A stretch of DNA of 64,000 nucleotides from Callorhinchus milii (taxonomy: Eukaryota). The notes beneath the pieces were generated by a model that did no database searches, was not told the origin of the DNA, and saw only the letters and a list, made by a program, of their open reading frames with translations. Positions 50,031 through 61,902 of this stretch are shown piece by piece; position 1 is the first letter of the stretch, and every line of letters begins with the position of its first letter. The DNA lies in contig NW_024704743.1 of assembly GCF_018977255.1 (NCBI RefSeq), positions 112,406,001-112,470,000 on the forward strand, given 5' to 3'. Made by a program: the position numbers and the translations under genes.

Positions 50031-51039
50031 CTTCCTGTTGTTCAGACTCTAGGGGTCTGATATGACTTTGATTTGAATGTTCTTACTTTTGAACATTCTC
50101 TTGGTCCAAATTTATGCCATTGGGTTTAAACTATTTGAGATGCTTACGTTTTTAACGGGAAGATAGCTCTGGTTGATAGAAACTAACGTAAATTTATCTG
50201 AAAAATATCTAATAGAATTTACACATCATGGACAGTTAATTTTTTAAATAATAAACAGAACCAAATATGGCAAGTTTTTAATTGCACAACAAATTTACAA
50301 TTATATAGCACCTTTGGGAGGATGTCCCAACGCTCTCAACAATCCTGGCTTGGCACCCGAGCTGAGGGTGCGAGCTTGAAAGGGGTGGGGAGAGGAAAGA
50401 TGACCAAAAGCAAAATCAAACAGCTAGGTCTTAAGACAGACATTGAATGAGTTGAGGGAAGGGGGAGCAGGTTGTAAAGATGGAGTTCCAGAGAGCAAGG
50501 GATACACGCAAGTTATGAGATATTTACTTAGGACCTTATATAGTCATAAATTGGCAAGGGACAACAAACCTTTCAAAGGCACTGAAAAGGTCTTAGTCTT
50601 CTGTGAAACTAGGTTTCAAATTCCCCTTAGTTTGTTAAATGATTTTAATATTTAACTACATTGGTTTATATATGATAGGCTCTTGCAAATTGCCATACTA
50701 ATGGGAAATGTCACCATTTGTACAAGAATGAAAGCTGGCAAAGCCAATTACAAGTTTAAACCACTATCAATGTATTCCATATAAACCCAATATAGTTGAT
50801 AATTTTCCAATACACTTGGGATATTTTTACCCTACATTCCCACCCGTATGTCAAACAAACACGAGTGTAAACAGAACAGTTTGATGTGAAATGACTGAGG
50901 TTACAGGGTCAATTCAGCACCACAGCACTCCTATCGAGGCCTGGGTTCAGGCTATCCAGGCACACTGGTGCAAAACCATAAAACCAGTCTTGGTCTCACT
51001 ACTTACAAACAGATTTTTTTCCAAAGAAAGCTAGATTAC

Positions 51040-51140
51040 CTTTGTAACATAGATTTTCCCTACATCCTCCTCCATAGCTGGGTGGACAGGCAGAACATGG
51101 ACGCCCATATTTATAAGGTGCATGGCCCCACCAATTCCCC
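51040..51140 (-). CDS. CRISPLD1: CRISPLD1 exon: (K)[33 protein letters not shown]
   Basis: Boundaries ttcccag / gtaatc; 101 nt. GNWWGHAPY fits CRISPLD1 rather than CRISPLD2 (GNWIGEAPY). Confidence 0.98.
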
Positions 51141-51484
51141 CTGGGAATAACAACATACGTTGAGAAAAGGTCACATTACATAAGAAATTTGTGAACATTT
51201 TACATTGAAACACACTTGAATTAAGTATTCTACCATCCCTTGCACAAGTTTTTTTTTTCCACACAGTCTGATCATTGACCAGAAACCTAAAATAGGTTTC
51301 AAGGATTGAGTATAGTATTTATGGGGCAATGTAACTGATGATACTCTCAAAATAGTTATTTCTGTGCAACTGGTGAGTGTAGTACCACACAAAAAAAAAC
51401 TTGTTTTATGATTTTCTCCTGAGTTTCTCCTGTGTACCAAGATAATAGATGTTCGTAGGTATGGATACTTTCAAATATACTTAC

Positions 51485-51600
51485 TTGGGAGAATAATTGC
51501 AAACCAGGTAAATTGCTCTAGGCCAGACCTGACCCCAGATGTTCATGTTGGTGCATAAGTTGATGGCACAGCCAATTTTGTTACTTGTTGCCCATACTAC
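51485..51600 (-). CDS. CRISPLD1: CRISPLD1 exon (CAP): [38 protein letters not shown](K)
   Basis: Boundaries ttctctag / gtaagt; 116 nt. Carries the CAP motifs (HYTQ)VVWA and LVCNY. Confidence 0.98.
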
Positions 51601-51711
51601 CTAGAGAAAAGACAATATAAAAGCAAAGTGATGCATTGAATTGTCTCTCAGGACCTCAAATACTTTAGAAATGTACTTTCAATTGATTTCACGGTGACCA
51701 GAATATTGGTA

Positions 51712-51952
51712 TCAATTTGGCTCAGTTGCTATCACTTTGAGTCAGAAGGTTGCAGGTTCAAGCCCGAAGTCAGGACTTTAAATGGCATGTAGTCTAGGCT
51801 GACATTCCGTTGCAGTGCTAGGAAATGCTGCATTGTCAGAGGTGCCATTCTTTTGATGAAACATTAAACCAAGGTCCCTTCTGCCTGTTTATGTGGACTT
51901 TAAAGAACCCATGACACTATTTGAAAAGAGAAGGGAGTTTCTCCCAATGTCC
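51712..51952 (+). mobile_element. Older DeuSINE 5' part
   Basis: Contains GGCTCAGTTG...GAGTCAGAAGGTTGCAGGTTCAAGCCC...CCCATGACACTATTTGAAAAGAG. Confidence 0.78.
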
Positions 51953-52084
51953 TCCGTTGCTCACTCCAGTCCAGGGTGCCACTAGGAAATATCAGTGCTT
52001 GTTCAACCCTCACCTCTTCTTTACCCTGTCCCTGACTAAGCCCGCTTAGCACCATCTCTTTAATGTTGTCCACTTTGGGTATTA

Positions 52085-52640
52085 CTTCACCATTAACACA
52101 GCAAAAAACCCTCATCCAACGCCTTAAGTCATCTTCAGGCATGACTTCTCCAATGACCTGCTCACCAGAGTCCAGAAGTTTACTGCTCATATTCTATTCC
52201 ACACAAGACTCTACAAGCCCATCACCCCCATCTTCACCAGGCTGCACTCACTCTCTATTGTCCAATGGATTAACTTTAAAATCCTTATCCTTATCATCAA
52301 ATGCCAACATGACTTTGCACCACCCTACCTAAGCAATCTCCTATGATCTTACTCCCTACCCACTCCTATGCTCCATCAAATATGGCTCGTTTCATGCACC
52401 CTGGACTCTCTGTCCCACCATCAGTGAATGAGCTTTCAACCATTTTGCCCCACTCTCTTCTGAAATCCAACCATCTCGCTCTCTCCTTCTTCACTTTCAA
52501 AACCAGACTAAAAACTTCCCTCTTTGACCTTGCTATCTGCCACCAACTCCCTCATCTCCATCCCAGCTCACCTCAGTAAAACACTTTTGAGAAGTTCTCC
52601 CCTTTGAAAGTCACTGAGTATTGTTATATAGTGTTGTTGT
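52085..52640 (+). mobile_element. Old degenerate L2 fragment
   Basis: Contains remnants of CCCATCACCCCCATC and TTCAAAACCAGACTAAAAACTTCCCTCTTTGAC (FKTRLKTSLFDLA), plus a (GTT)n tail. Confidence 0.7.
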
Positions 52641-52776
52641 TGGTGTTGCTACATTAATGCAAGTTGTTGTCATTAGCCCGCTGTGCTATTCAGCTCCGAG
52701 AATTGATCTACAATTAAAATTACTTAAAACAGAAACCAAGAGGCAAATTGAAGGTTTCACCGAACGCAAAGTGTAC

Positions 52777-52909
52777 CTGAGTATAATGCGTACACACGGG
52801 TCCAGAGCATCTGAAAGGACACCAAGGATTGCATTCTTGAGAGTACGGATACACGTAGTCTCTGACTTCATCATACCATGCTTGGACATGAAATGTGGGG
52901 GGCCGGTAC
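52777..52909 (-). CDS. CRISPLD1: CRISPLD1 exon (CAP): (R)[44 protein letters not shown]
   Basis: Boundaries atccacag / gtacac; 133 nt. Confidence 0.98.
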
Positions 52910-53000
52910 CTGTGGATTTAAAATGAATTGTGATAATCTAATCCTGGAAAAGTCAAACACTATGGTCTCATTTATTGGAGTCAGGTGTTAAACACAATAC

Positions 53001-53119
53001 CTTCCCCAGTGAGCACCAAGGTTCTGTCCTATTGATGGTAGCAGGTAACCAGGTCCGTGTTCCCATCGGCAGGTTGATGCCCAAGCTTCTGACGATCTCT
53101 CCAGCTCCACGTCCCAAGT
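53001..53119 (-). CDS. CRISPLD1: CRISPLD1 exon (CAP; most 5' exon found): [39 protein letters not shown](R)
   Basis: Boundaries ccatgtag / gtattg; 119 nt. The upstream exon ending ...NMEYM was not found in 53120-64000. Confidence 0.98.
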
Positions 53120-53258
53120 CTACATGGAAAGTACAGATTTCTTTTAATTAATTTCTCAGAAATTCCAGGACAATGCCTTTTTTAAAAAAAAATCAGGATC
53201 TATTAGGTGAGTTGTGCAAATCACGTATAATAGCTGTATCACTTACATTAAACATTAA

Positions 53259-53870
53259 TACAACAACAACAACTTACATTTGTATAGCTCTTTCATGTTG
53301 GGAGAACATTCCAAGCTGCTGGATAGTCAGGCATTTGGACACTAGCAGTGGAGGGGGTTTGGGATAAGGGAGGATGGAGGGCAGGGAGGGTAGGGGTAGG
53401 AAGGTGACCGAAGGCACAGTCGAAGAAGAAGGTCTTGAGATGTGCCTGAAGGAGGCAAGGGAGGGAGCAAGGCGAAGGGACTGTTGGATGCAGTTCCAAA
53501 GGATGGGGGTAGAGAGGCTGATGGCCCAACCGCCAATGGTGAGGCGGGCTGGGCAGGCGACTTGGAGGAGGCCGGAACCTACCAAGTGGAGAGAGCGAAC
53601 AGGTTGATATGGCATTAGCAGGAGTAAGAAGGAGCAAGGCCGTGGAGGGCCTTGAAAGCGATGATGAGGATTTTGAACTCTATCCCCTAGGGATGGGGAA
53701 CAGAGGGAGCTGGGCGATGGTGTGGTGACAGGGTCATGGAGCCTGGTGTGGGAGAGGACATGAGATGCAGAGTTCTGAATGATATGCAACTTGTGGAGCA
53801 AAGAGTTGTGAAGGTCGACAAGCAGAAAGTTAGCATAATCGAGCCTTGATGTAACAAATACAGTAGAGAT
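53259..53870 (-). mobile_element. 5'-truncated L2
   Basis: Encodes FVTSRLDYANFLL..LHKLHIIQNSA...LWNCIQQSLRLAPSLASF, with a (CAA)n tail at ~53259-53273. Confidence 0.92.
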
Positions 53871-54024
53871 CAATGAAAACATCATCGCTTGTAGTCAGGC
53901 TAGCCTGGAGACACATTTTAGCCATTTAGCTCCTATTCTACCAAAATAAAATGCTAAAATGGTTTCAACAGCATGAAAACAGTGCAATGCATTTCAGTTT
54001 TATCACCCAAATAACTACTACTAG

Positions 54025-54278
54025 TAATAATAATCCTTGCATTTGATATAGCGGGTTATCACTTCATTGAGACATCGCAAAGCACTTTACAGGATATACT
54101 GTAAAGTGGAGTGACTATGTATATTGTGGGTGAAACCTGGCAGCCAGTTGCACACAGCAATGTCCCACAAAGAGCCATGGAGTGAGTGATCAATTTTATT
54201 TGGGAGATTGTTAGCCTGGACACCAGGAGAAACTCCCTTCTCTTTTCAAATAATGACATGAGATCTTTAATGTCCACC
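54025..54278 (-). mobile_element. Older DeuSINE copy, 5'-truncated
   Basis: Has the tail, the core and CACCAGGAGAAACTCCCTTCTCTTTTCAAATA. Confidence 0.85.
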
Positions 54279-55350
54279 TTGGTTTACATAAGGATATTTC
54301 AGTTATATCATTCATCCCATGGCACTATATAACTGAAATATACAAGCTCAGATATATCTCCTGGATTGTTTAAGGTTTATTTGCTATCACATTACTGATC
54401 AAGACAGTCAAGTGTTTGGTATCACAATGTCCATTCAACCAGCACAATTACACAAACAATAGAAGGTGGAATTTGGATGGAGTGGTAGGAATAGTGAGTA
54501 TTTTTAAGAAACTGTGGGAAATTGCAACCTTCAACCTATATTCTGCCACCGAAACTAGTTTAAAATCACTGTAATCGCACACAAGTGTCCGAGAAATATC
54601 GTTTCATAGTTTCAGGCTATAAGTTGTGGGGAGACATTAGCCACATCTGGGAGATGCTCCATTTATTTCAAAGTAAGGACAACAAACGAGAAGCTGATGT
54701 GCCTGATATTTGTTTAAGTAAAGGGACAGGTATATGAAACAAACTACCTGCAAACGTTGTGAACAAGGAACCAGCACCCAAAGTGTTCCATAAAGCTACA
54801 AGACAAGTTGCTGGAAATTAAAAAGATTCAGGGTTATTAGATGGTGAGACAGACATGTTGAAGAAATCATTTGGGAAGAATGATGGATAGGCTAAATGGA
54901 TCAATGATCAACTCCCAAGTGACACTCTTACTGTTTCTAAGTGGGTAGACATTTTAGATTGACCTGGATACTCACTGGTTCCTGGGATCCTCAGGTTCTT
55001 GCTCAGAGGATTTGAAGGTTATCCAAAGCACCTGCCCCATTAATCTAATAGAACACTTCTGGAGTGCAGTCAACTCCTTCCTGTTAGTGACTTTATCCCA
55101 GTGTCAAGGACTGGAGAACGCAAGTCCCAGGCAATTGAGAAAAGAAAATTCCTCATTACAGGTAACATATAAACTGATAACAACTTTTGGTCACCTATAG
55201 CAAAGGGAGTGATTCGAACAGAAACTTGAGCTCCTAGACTGCACAAGTCCCCGTCCACAATCATGTCTGAGGAAGACGTCAATGAATTAGTAAAATAAGC
55301 TCAGCTGCAGTCTATATTTTGAATTTTAGTACATGATTATGAAATCATGT

Positions 55351-55573
55351 AACTCCATCCCACAGTCCCTCCGCCTCGCCCCTTCCCTCCTTCAAGACCC
55401 ATCTCAAGACCCTCCTCTTCGACTGTGCCTTCAGTCACTCTCCTATTCGTACCCTCCCTGCCCTCTACCCCTCCTGTTCCCAACCACCAGCTCGGGTGCT
55501 GATCCCTGACTATCCAGCGTCTTGGGACGTCCTCCTGATGTGAAAGGGCTATACAACTCTAATTTGTTGTTGT
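55351..55573 (+). mobile_element. L2 3' fragment
   Basis: Contains AACTCCATCCCACAG...CTCAAGACCCTCCTCTTCGAC, the stem-loop and (GTT)n. Confidence 0.88.
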
Positions 55574-56399
55574 TGGTATGATTAGAGAAGAGCTAGTCAA
55601 TCCTCAATCACATGTGGCACTGATGGCTCAAGATCTCATGTGGATCTTACTGCACATAAATTAACTGAATGTACTTTATGCACAAGTTTAAAAGTGAAAC
55701 AGATACTTTTTGTTCCAAGCACAAGTGAAAAGCTTTGCTATTAGAATTAATCCTATTGAGGGTTTCTTTGACTATTTGATTTTTTTTATGAAAAGCCGTT
55801 TTATAAACGAGAATCACCTTTGTTAGTTTGTCACTTCTTCACTCTGATGTGAATATATGAAATATTTGAGGAAAATACCAAGCACCCTATCAATTTCAGC
55901 AGAAATTCAGCATTGCTTCAAATCTTATACAGGTCAGAAAATTAAAAAAAACACAAACGCGTGCTCCTTGAAGGCTATGTTGTGTCGCCAGCAATTTCTT
56001 GCTAACAATGATTCCACTATAAATTTTACAATAAATACAAATAACTGTTTCAACAGTCGGTCAGCAATTGTCAGATTCTTCCAAGTCTACTATGCTTTTT
56101 AAATGACAGAAACAAACGCAGATAATCACAGATATTTTAAAAGGCAAACTATTCTTTCAGCCATAACACAGATATCACATTGGGAAACAGGCCTATTTAA
56201 TTTACCTTCAAAGAGAAGGTAGTGCCACCATATCCTCGCATTGTTCCCACCAACTTAAAGGGGCTGCAAAAATGCTATGAAGAAGCCTGTAGCCTTTTGT
56301 ATCAATTGTATTTTATTGAGAGAGAGATCTTTTTATTTTTTTAACAATTTTCTTCCCATTCATTTTCCGGAAGCTTGCACTTTTATGGGGTATGGATCA

Positions 56400-56670
56400 A
56401 TGGGCAGTAACCAACTCCAGTAACCTTGACTAAGTGACGAATGTTGCTCTGTAATCCTAGACAGCGAGTGTCAACAAACTATTTGATCATGGAACTGAGC
56501 CCATTCCTGTTGTCAACCAATACCTGGAAATACACCTCTCAGCACAGGTCAACACATAGTGATCAGAAGTGAGAACCTTGTCTCATTGTCCCTGCCAAAC
56601 CCACCGAGCAATTATGCCAGTCATACACTCCTAACTGCTGACCTGGCTAAGAGCTAACTCAGCACAGAGT
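56400..56670 (-). mobile_element. Ancient SINE, AmnSINE2-like (second copy)
   Basis: Contains CCTAGACAGCGAGTGTC, ATAGTGATCAGAAGTGAGAACC and AGCTAACTCAGCACAGA, homologous in reverse to 23645-23995. Confidence 0.5.
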
Positions 56671-57169
56671 TTGCAGTCTATGCAGTTATAAGAAAAATGT
56701 GAATTAGGTGCAAGTCTAGCTCAGTTGGCAGCACTTCACTGCTGGGTCAGAAGATTGTGGGTTTAAGCCCAATGTCAGAACTTTGAACTCAGAGTCCAGG
56801 CTAATACTCCAATACAACTACGTGCATTTATACAGCAACCTTCACATGAGGTAGCACTTTGCTGTGTGGAAATTGGCTGCTACATTTGCCTGCACAATCA
56901 TTAAAATACATGGTCATTAAATGTTACAGTAATTCCTATGAAGTGCTTTGACTAAAAGAAAATAAGTGGAAGAAAATAAAAATGGGTATGAATCTTCCTT
57001 TCTCTATTTGTAATAAAGTCCATGCCATGATGACTTTTACTGCTGTGACAATTGTGCCACATCGCTGTCTTGATTTTATTGTTCATTAAAGTGTGGAGGT
57101 TTTACAGAACACTTCCTTTTATAAACTGTTGTAAAATACAGGAAAGTACACCAATTGTTGCAATTAATT

Positions 57170-57460
57170 TCCTGGAAGACATACAGAGGGAATAGAGGGG
57201 GATAGGAAAGGAGATTAAGAGTGGCAGAGGCTTGTGTGGAGTATAAACACAGTGTGTATAAACACTGCATGGACTAAGATGGGCCAAAATGCCTGTTTCT
57301 ATCATTCCATATAATTCTAGGTATCATTCATAGAATCATACAACACAGAGGGAGGCCATTCGGTCCATTGTGTCTGTGCCCGCTCTTTTAAAAGAGCTAT
57401 CCAAATCAATCCCATTCCCCCGCTCTCTCCCTCTCGCCCTGCAAACTTGTCCTCCCCAAA
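57170..57460. mobile_element. Two CR1-like 3' ends arranged tail-to-tail
   Basis: The + copy ends GATGGGCCAAAATGCCTGTTTCT. The - copy begins CATAGAATCATACAACACAGAGGGAGGCCATTCGGTCC. Confidence 0.65.
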
Positions 57461-57613
57461 TAATTATCATTCAGTATCATGCTGTTGAATTCTAGATACA
57501 GTTGCCTGCTAGCTAGCCACTCGCTGATAAATGTGTGTTCTTATATAGGTTTGTATCAAAAGATAATCAAGTACCCTAGTGCAATAAAAATAGTAATCAT
57601 TGCATTTGATATA

Positions 57614-57944
57614 GCAAGAGACCTGGGTTCAATTCCTGGCAGGGTAAAATGTTGGGCAAGTTTCCTTACTCCACACGCCTCTGTTTACCTAGCAGTAAGT
57701 AGGAACCCGGTTGTTAGTTGATTGGCGGATCACTTTTCCGAGGATAATAATTCCTTAAAAAAAGAAAAAAGATTGATCACTTCAATCCACAATTGTTTGT
57801 GGGACACTACTGTGCGCAATTGGCTGTCGCATTTCGCCCACAATATATACACTCAATTCACTTTACAGTATATTCTGTGAAGCGCTTTGAGATGTCTCGA
57901 ACCCGTGATAAGGCGCTATATCAAAAGTGAGTATTATTATTATT
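57614..57944 (+). mobile_element. SINE (long subfamily, lacking the A-box) nested in an oppositely oriented SINE tail
   Basis: Has the B-box, the segment CCTCTGTTTACCTAGCAGTAAGTAGGAACC, the core and the tail. Flanks 57587-57613 and 57945-57985 rejoin into a minus-strand SINE tail. Confidence 0.85.
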
Positions 57945-58453
57945 AGTGCCTTATCATGTCATTGAGACGACTTAAAGCTCTTCCAAAGTTTAAAAATCTT
58001 TAGTGTACTCCACAAAGTCTAAAAATCAGCACATACCAAACAAAGTTAGCATTATTGTAATGCAGTCGCACACGGGAAAAAGCTATATAAAGCTGCATCC
58101 TAATGACAGAAATAAACCTTCCTTATCAAACTAAGCAAAAACAAGCAAGTTTATGTTTCTAGCAGACAGACTCAACAAATTTGCTGATTATGGAACATAG
58201 TCACAGCCTTTTTATGTTCCCAGCCTGTTTCCCATCCAAGTCTGTTCATTCATGATCACATATCATTTGCACTTCAGTCATTCAACAGCTTTTTCCTCCA
58301 GGGATCTGGCTGTTTATTTTCCATCCATGAAGGCACTCGGTTCCACTTACTTTTTCCCAGAACGAGTCACCAGCGAGATTTGCAGTTACTGCCTGCAAAC
58401 ATAATCTGTGTGTTTTTGTAGTAACTATAGTGTGAAACCAATGCATTCATTTA

Positions 58454-58808
58454 TAATGATAATAATAATCCTTGCATTTGATATAGCGCCTTATCATATT
58501 GTTGAGATGTCTCAAAGTGCTTCACAGAATATGTTATAAAGTGGATTGACTGTGTATTTGTGGGTGAAACACGGCAACATTGCGCACAGCAATGTCCCAC
58601 AAATGGTCATAGACTGAGGAACCTTTTTTTTTGAGGGATTATTAAGCAATCCGCCAATCGACTAACAACTGGGTTCCTACTTACTACTAGGTAAACAGAG
58701 GTGCCTGTTATAAGGAAACATGCCTAAGGTTTTGTCCAGCCTGGGAAGTGAACCCGGGTTCTCTCATTTGCGAGGCGAGCGCTCTCACCGCTACACTACG
58801 GGATTCCA
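58454..58808 (-). mobile_element. Full-length SINE (long subfamily)
   Basis: Has the head, the extra segment (GGTTCCTACTTACTACTAGGTAAACAGAGG on +), the core and an (AAT)n tail. Confidence 0.88.
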
Positions 58809-60089
58809 CAAACAAACAATTCAATTAATATGATACATGGATTTCGCACCAGCCAACAGGCAGATTTGGCAGGCATGACAATTGGCTTTCATACATGTGA
58901 ATGGGAAAATTATTAAATTAATTTGAAAATTGCTAAGATTCAAGTTTCTCATTTATAAGCATAATTGTTAGTCAGTAACCTCGCAGATTTACTCTATAAA
59001 CAGAAGTAAATTTCAAATTTTGTTTACACAAAGTTAACAGACCACATAAAGCTTCTGTGATGATTAGATTTACTGGAAATAAGTGGAAGTACTATTCAAG
59101 TAGCTTTAAAATTAAATTAACCTTGTGCCACTGCCATAATATTAGACCCCGACTCCAGGAGCTCAGTGTGATGCTTTAACACCCTCTGAGTACCTTTATG
59201 TGAAGCTGCTGTTGGAAGTGTGTTAATAAAGTTTGTCCCTGGGCGTTTACAGGACATGTGTAGTTAGAAATTCCATCTGGATCTAGATTTACTCTATTAA
59301 ATGTAGTAGTTCAGGGGGTACAGAATTTGGCAAATTGCTGAATTAAGTATTAACGTGAAACCCATATTCCGCAGCTCTTAAAAGCAGCTTACAGAAAAAC
59401 GTTTCAAAATTAGAGTTTGCAATTAAATATCTGCCAAATTCTGTGCATGCTGAAATGCTACATCATAAAGCAAATATAGAAGACCCAAATTTACTTTAAG
59501 CTTTCTTCTCACTTATTGCTAATCTTCCTGAATATGAACTAATTTTGACAAGTTTCAAAATATTTTGCATGTACAATTTCCCAGATGTTGAATTCCAGAT
59601 TTCTGCAGATTATCAGATGGACAAAGGGAGCAATAGGCCAGTCAATTCTCCCATGGGAAAAGTAGGGGGTGGGAAATGCAATCACAGGACGACTCACAGA
59701 CCACGAGTCATCTGCCCTCGTGTCCAAAGCAAGAAACTGTGTCTGTCTGGAGTAGCTTGGAAAAGAATGTGTGAGATGAGGAAATCTAAAAAAAAAGTGA
59801 AAAAAAGTGGTGAGTTAGGCATATGTATAAATAGATAAATAAATGTGGCTGGGATATTGAGCACATGATGACTTAAGTGGTAGTGACAAGTTAAGCTATG
59901 GTCAAGTTATCAGTTTACTGTTTATGGAGATGTTAAAGTGATGTGGTGCTTATTTAGCCTTGTCAACCTTTTCACCAAATGGTTAAGGTTGAAATAAAAC
60001 TTGTAGGATGTCATCTCATCAATAATAAATTGCAATATTGACTTTTGCATCAAGGTGCTGAATGCAAAAGTTATGAAATATCAGTGAAG

Positions 60090-60542
60090 CATTTATTTAG
60101 TGCCTTTCACACAGATTATGTCTAAGAGAGAGTTGATTTGATTCTGAGCTGGAAAGAGAAGGGAAGTGACTGAAGGCATGATTGAAGAGGAAAGTCTTCA
60201 GGTGTGATTTGAAGACGGGTAAAAAGTGGGCAAGGTGGAGGGTCTGAGGCAGGGAGTTCCAAAGATTTGGGGCAGAGTGACCGAAAGCTCACTACCAATG
60301 GTGGAGCGGAGGGGATGTGCAGAAGATCTAAACCAGCTGGGAAAAGGCATCAGGTAGTGGAATGAGGTGTGAGCAGATCGGAGAGGTAGGGAGGTGCCAG
60401 GCATGAAGTCATTTGAAAGTGAGTGCGGATCTTGAAATCAATCTGTTCTGCAACAGGGAGGCAGTGGAGTCTGGCAAGATCTAGAGTGATTGGGTCGGGG
60501 AGCATGCTATGGGTGAGGACATGGGCAGCAGAATTTTGTATC
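60090..60542 (-). mobile_element. Old L2 fragment
   Basis: Encodes IQNSAAHVLTH..LPDPITLDLARLHCLPVAEQIDFKI. Confidence 0.8.
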
Positions 60543-61785
60543 AAATATGAAAAGATTTAAATATTTTTCTTCTGCAGTTTGCTTTTTTAATTATTTATCC
60601 ATGAGGGGGAAACACTCTGAAAAGCAGTTGCCGAATACATGAGATACCAAACTAGGTCAAAGTCCCCAACCTGTGGCTTCAAACCCCAAACTTCTGACTC
60701 AGCGATGAGAATGTTACCAACTAAGTCAGGGTGACATGTACATTAAAGAGAGTTTGATGTTGTTATGCAGAAAGTAAAAGGTTATTGCTTAGCTTTGATA
60801 TCACATGACACTTAAGTGCAGTGTGGTACTCTTCTGAAGTTATTGGTTTGTTATATAATTGAGTTAGAGCAAAGCATTCCACACACACACGTTACATACA
60901 CATCCCATCAAGAGTATAAACTGGGTGCATTCAATCAACCAGGATATTGTCAGCAATAGAAACATGACATTAACTCTTGTACACTATTCAGTTGAAAACT
61001 TGGTTGTGTTGAAAATTGACAGAGTAAATCTGCAAAATGTAAATAGTGCAGCTATTTACACCAATCTTAGCTTTGAGCATAATGACCTCTCTTCATGACA
61101 CAATTTTAAAGCTGGCTACAAATCAGTGGTTTTCGAAACAGGCTGGCACAAACCGTTTCATTAAAACTCTAGTCACTTTGTCCCGAGGAGGGAAAAAAAC
61201 TGAAGTGTATGCGTCAGACCAGTCAATTCGTACTCTACAGCACACAAATGTGGATGGCACAGAGGTGAATGTAAACAGTGGAGATGGGATTCACGTCACA
61301 TCAAATTAACTGCGATTTCACAGTATAAATTGGCTTTTAGTTCAAACAAGGCAGGTCAACTAGAAAGTGCAAATCAGGGACTGCTTCACTGCCTACAAAC
61401 AACTGCTGTTAAAGTACAGCACCATTTTAGCTCCGGACGTTTTCCTTTGCAGCGTATTACTTTAGGTGGCACAAAAACAAATCTGTAAAAGCTGGTTGCA
61501 GTACATGGAAAAGCTGCACCGAAGAGAGTTTTTCACAAGATGCAAAGAGAAGGCAACATGAGAAAGACATAAGTCCACAGGCAGATAGTGCAATGATGGA
61601 AGCATTGTCACATCTTTCTGATTAAATCCTATAATTGAATACTTTCTGATTAAATCCTATTGGAAATGAAATCAATACACAATCTATATAATTTAAGCAC
61701 AACACAGCACAAACCTAAAGACTTTGATTACAGGTGAAATGTGTCAAAAGTGTTACCACACTCACAAAATCTGACACATTCTATT

Positions 61786-61902
61786 ACTCCATCCTCCCTC
61801 ACCCCACCCTCAGCTCAGGTCCGTAACTCTGTCTGTCCAACGCCTTGGGACGTCCTCCCGACGTGAAAGGCGCTATACAAATGTAATTTTGTTGTTGTTG
61901 TT
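61786..61902 (+). mobile_element. L2 3' UTR fragment
   Basis: Contains CGCCTTGGGACGTCCTCCCGACGTGAAAGGCGCT followed by (GTT)n. Confidence 0.88.
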
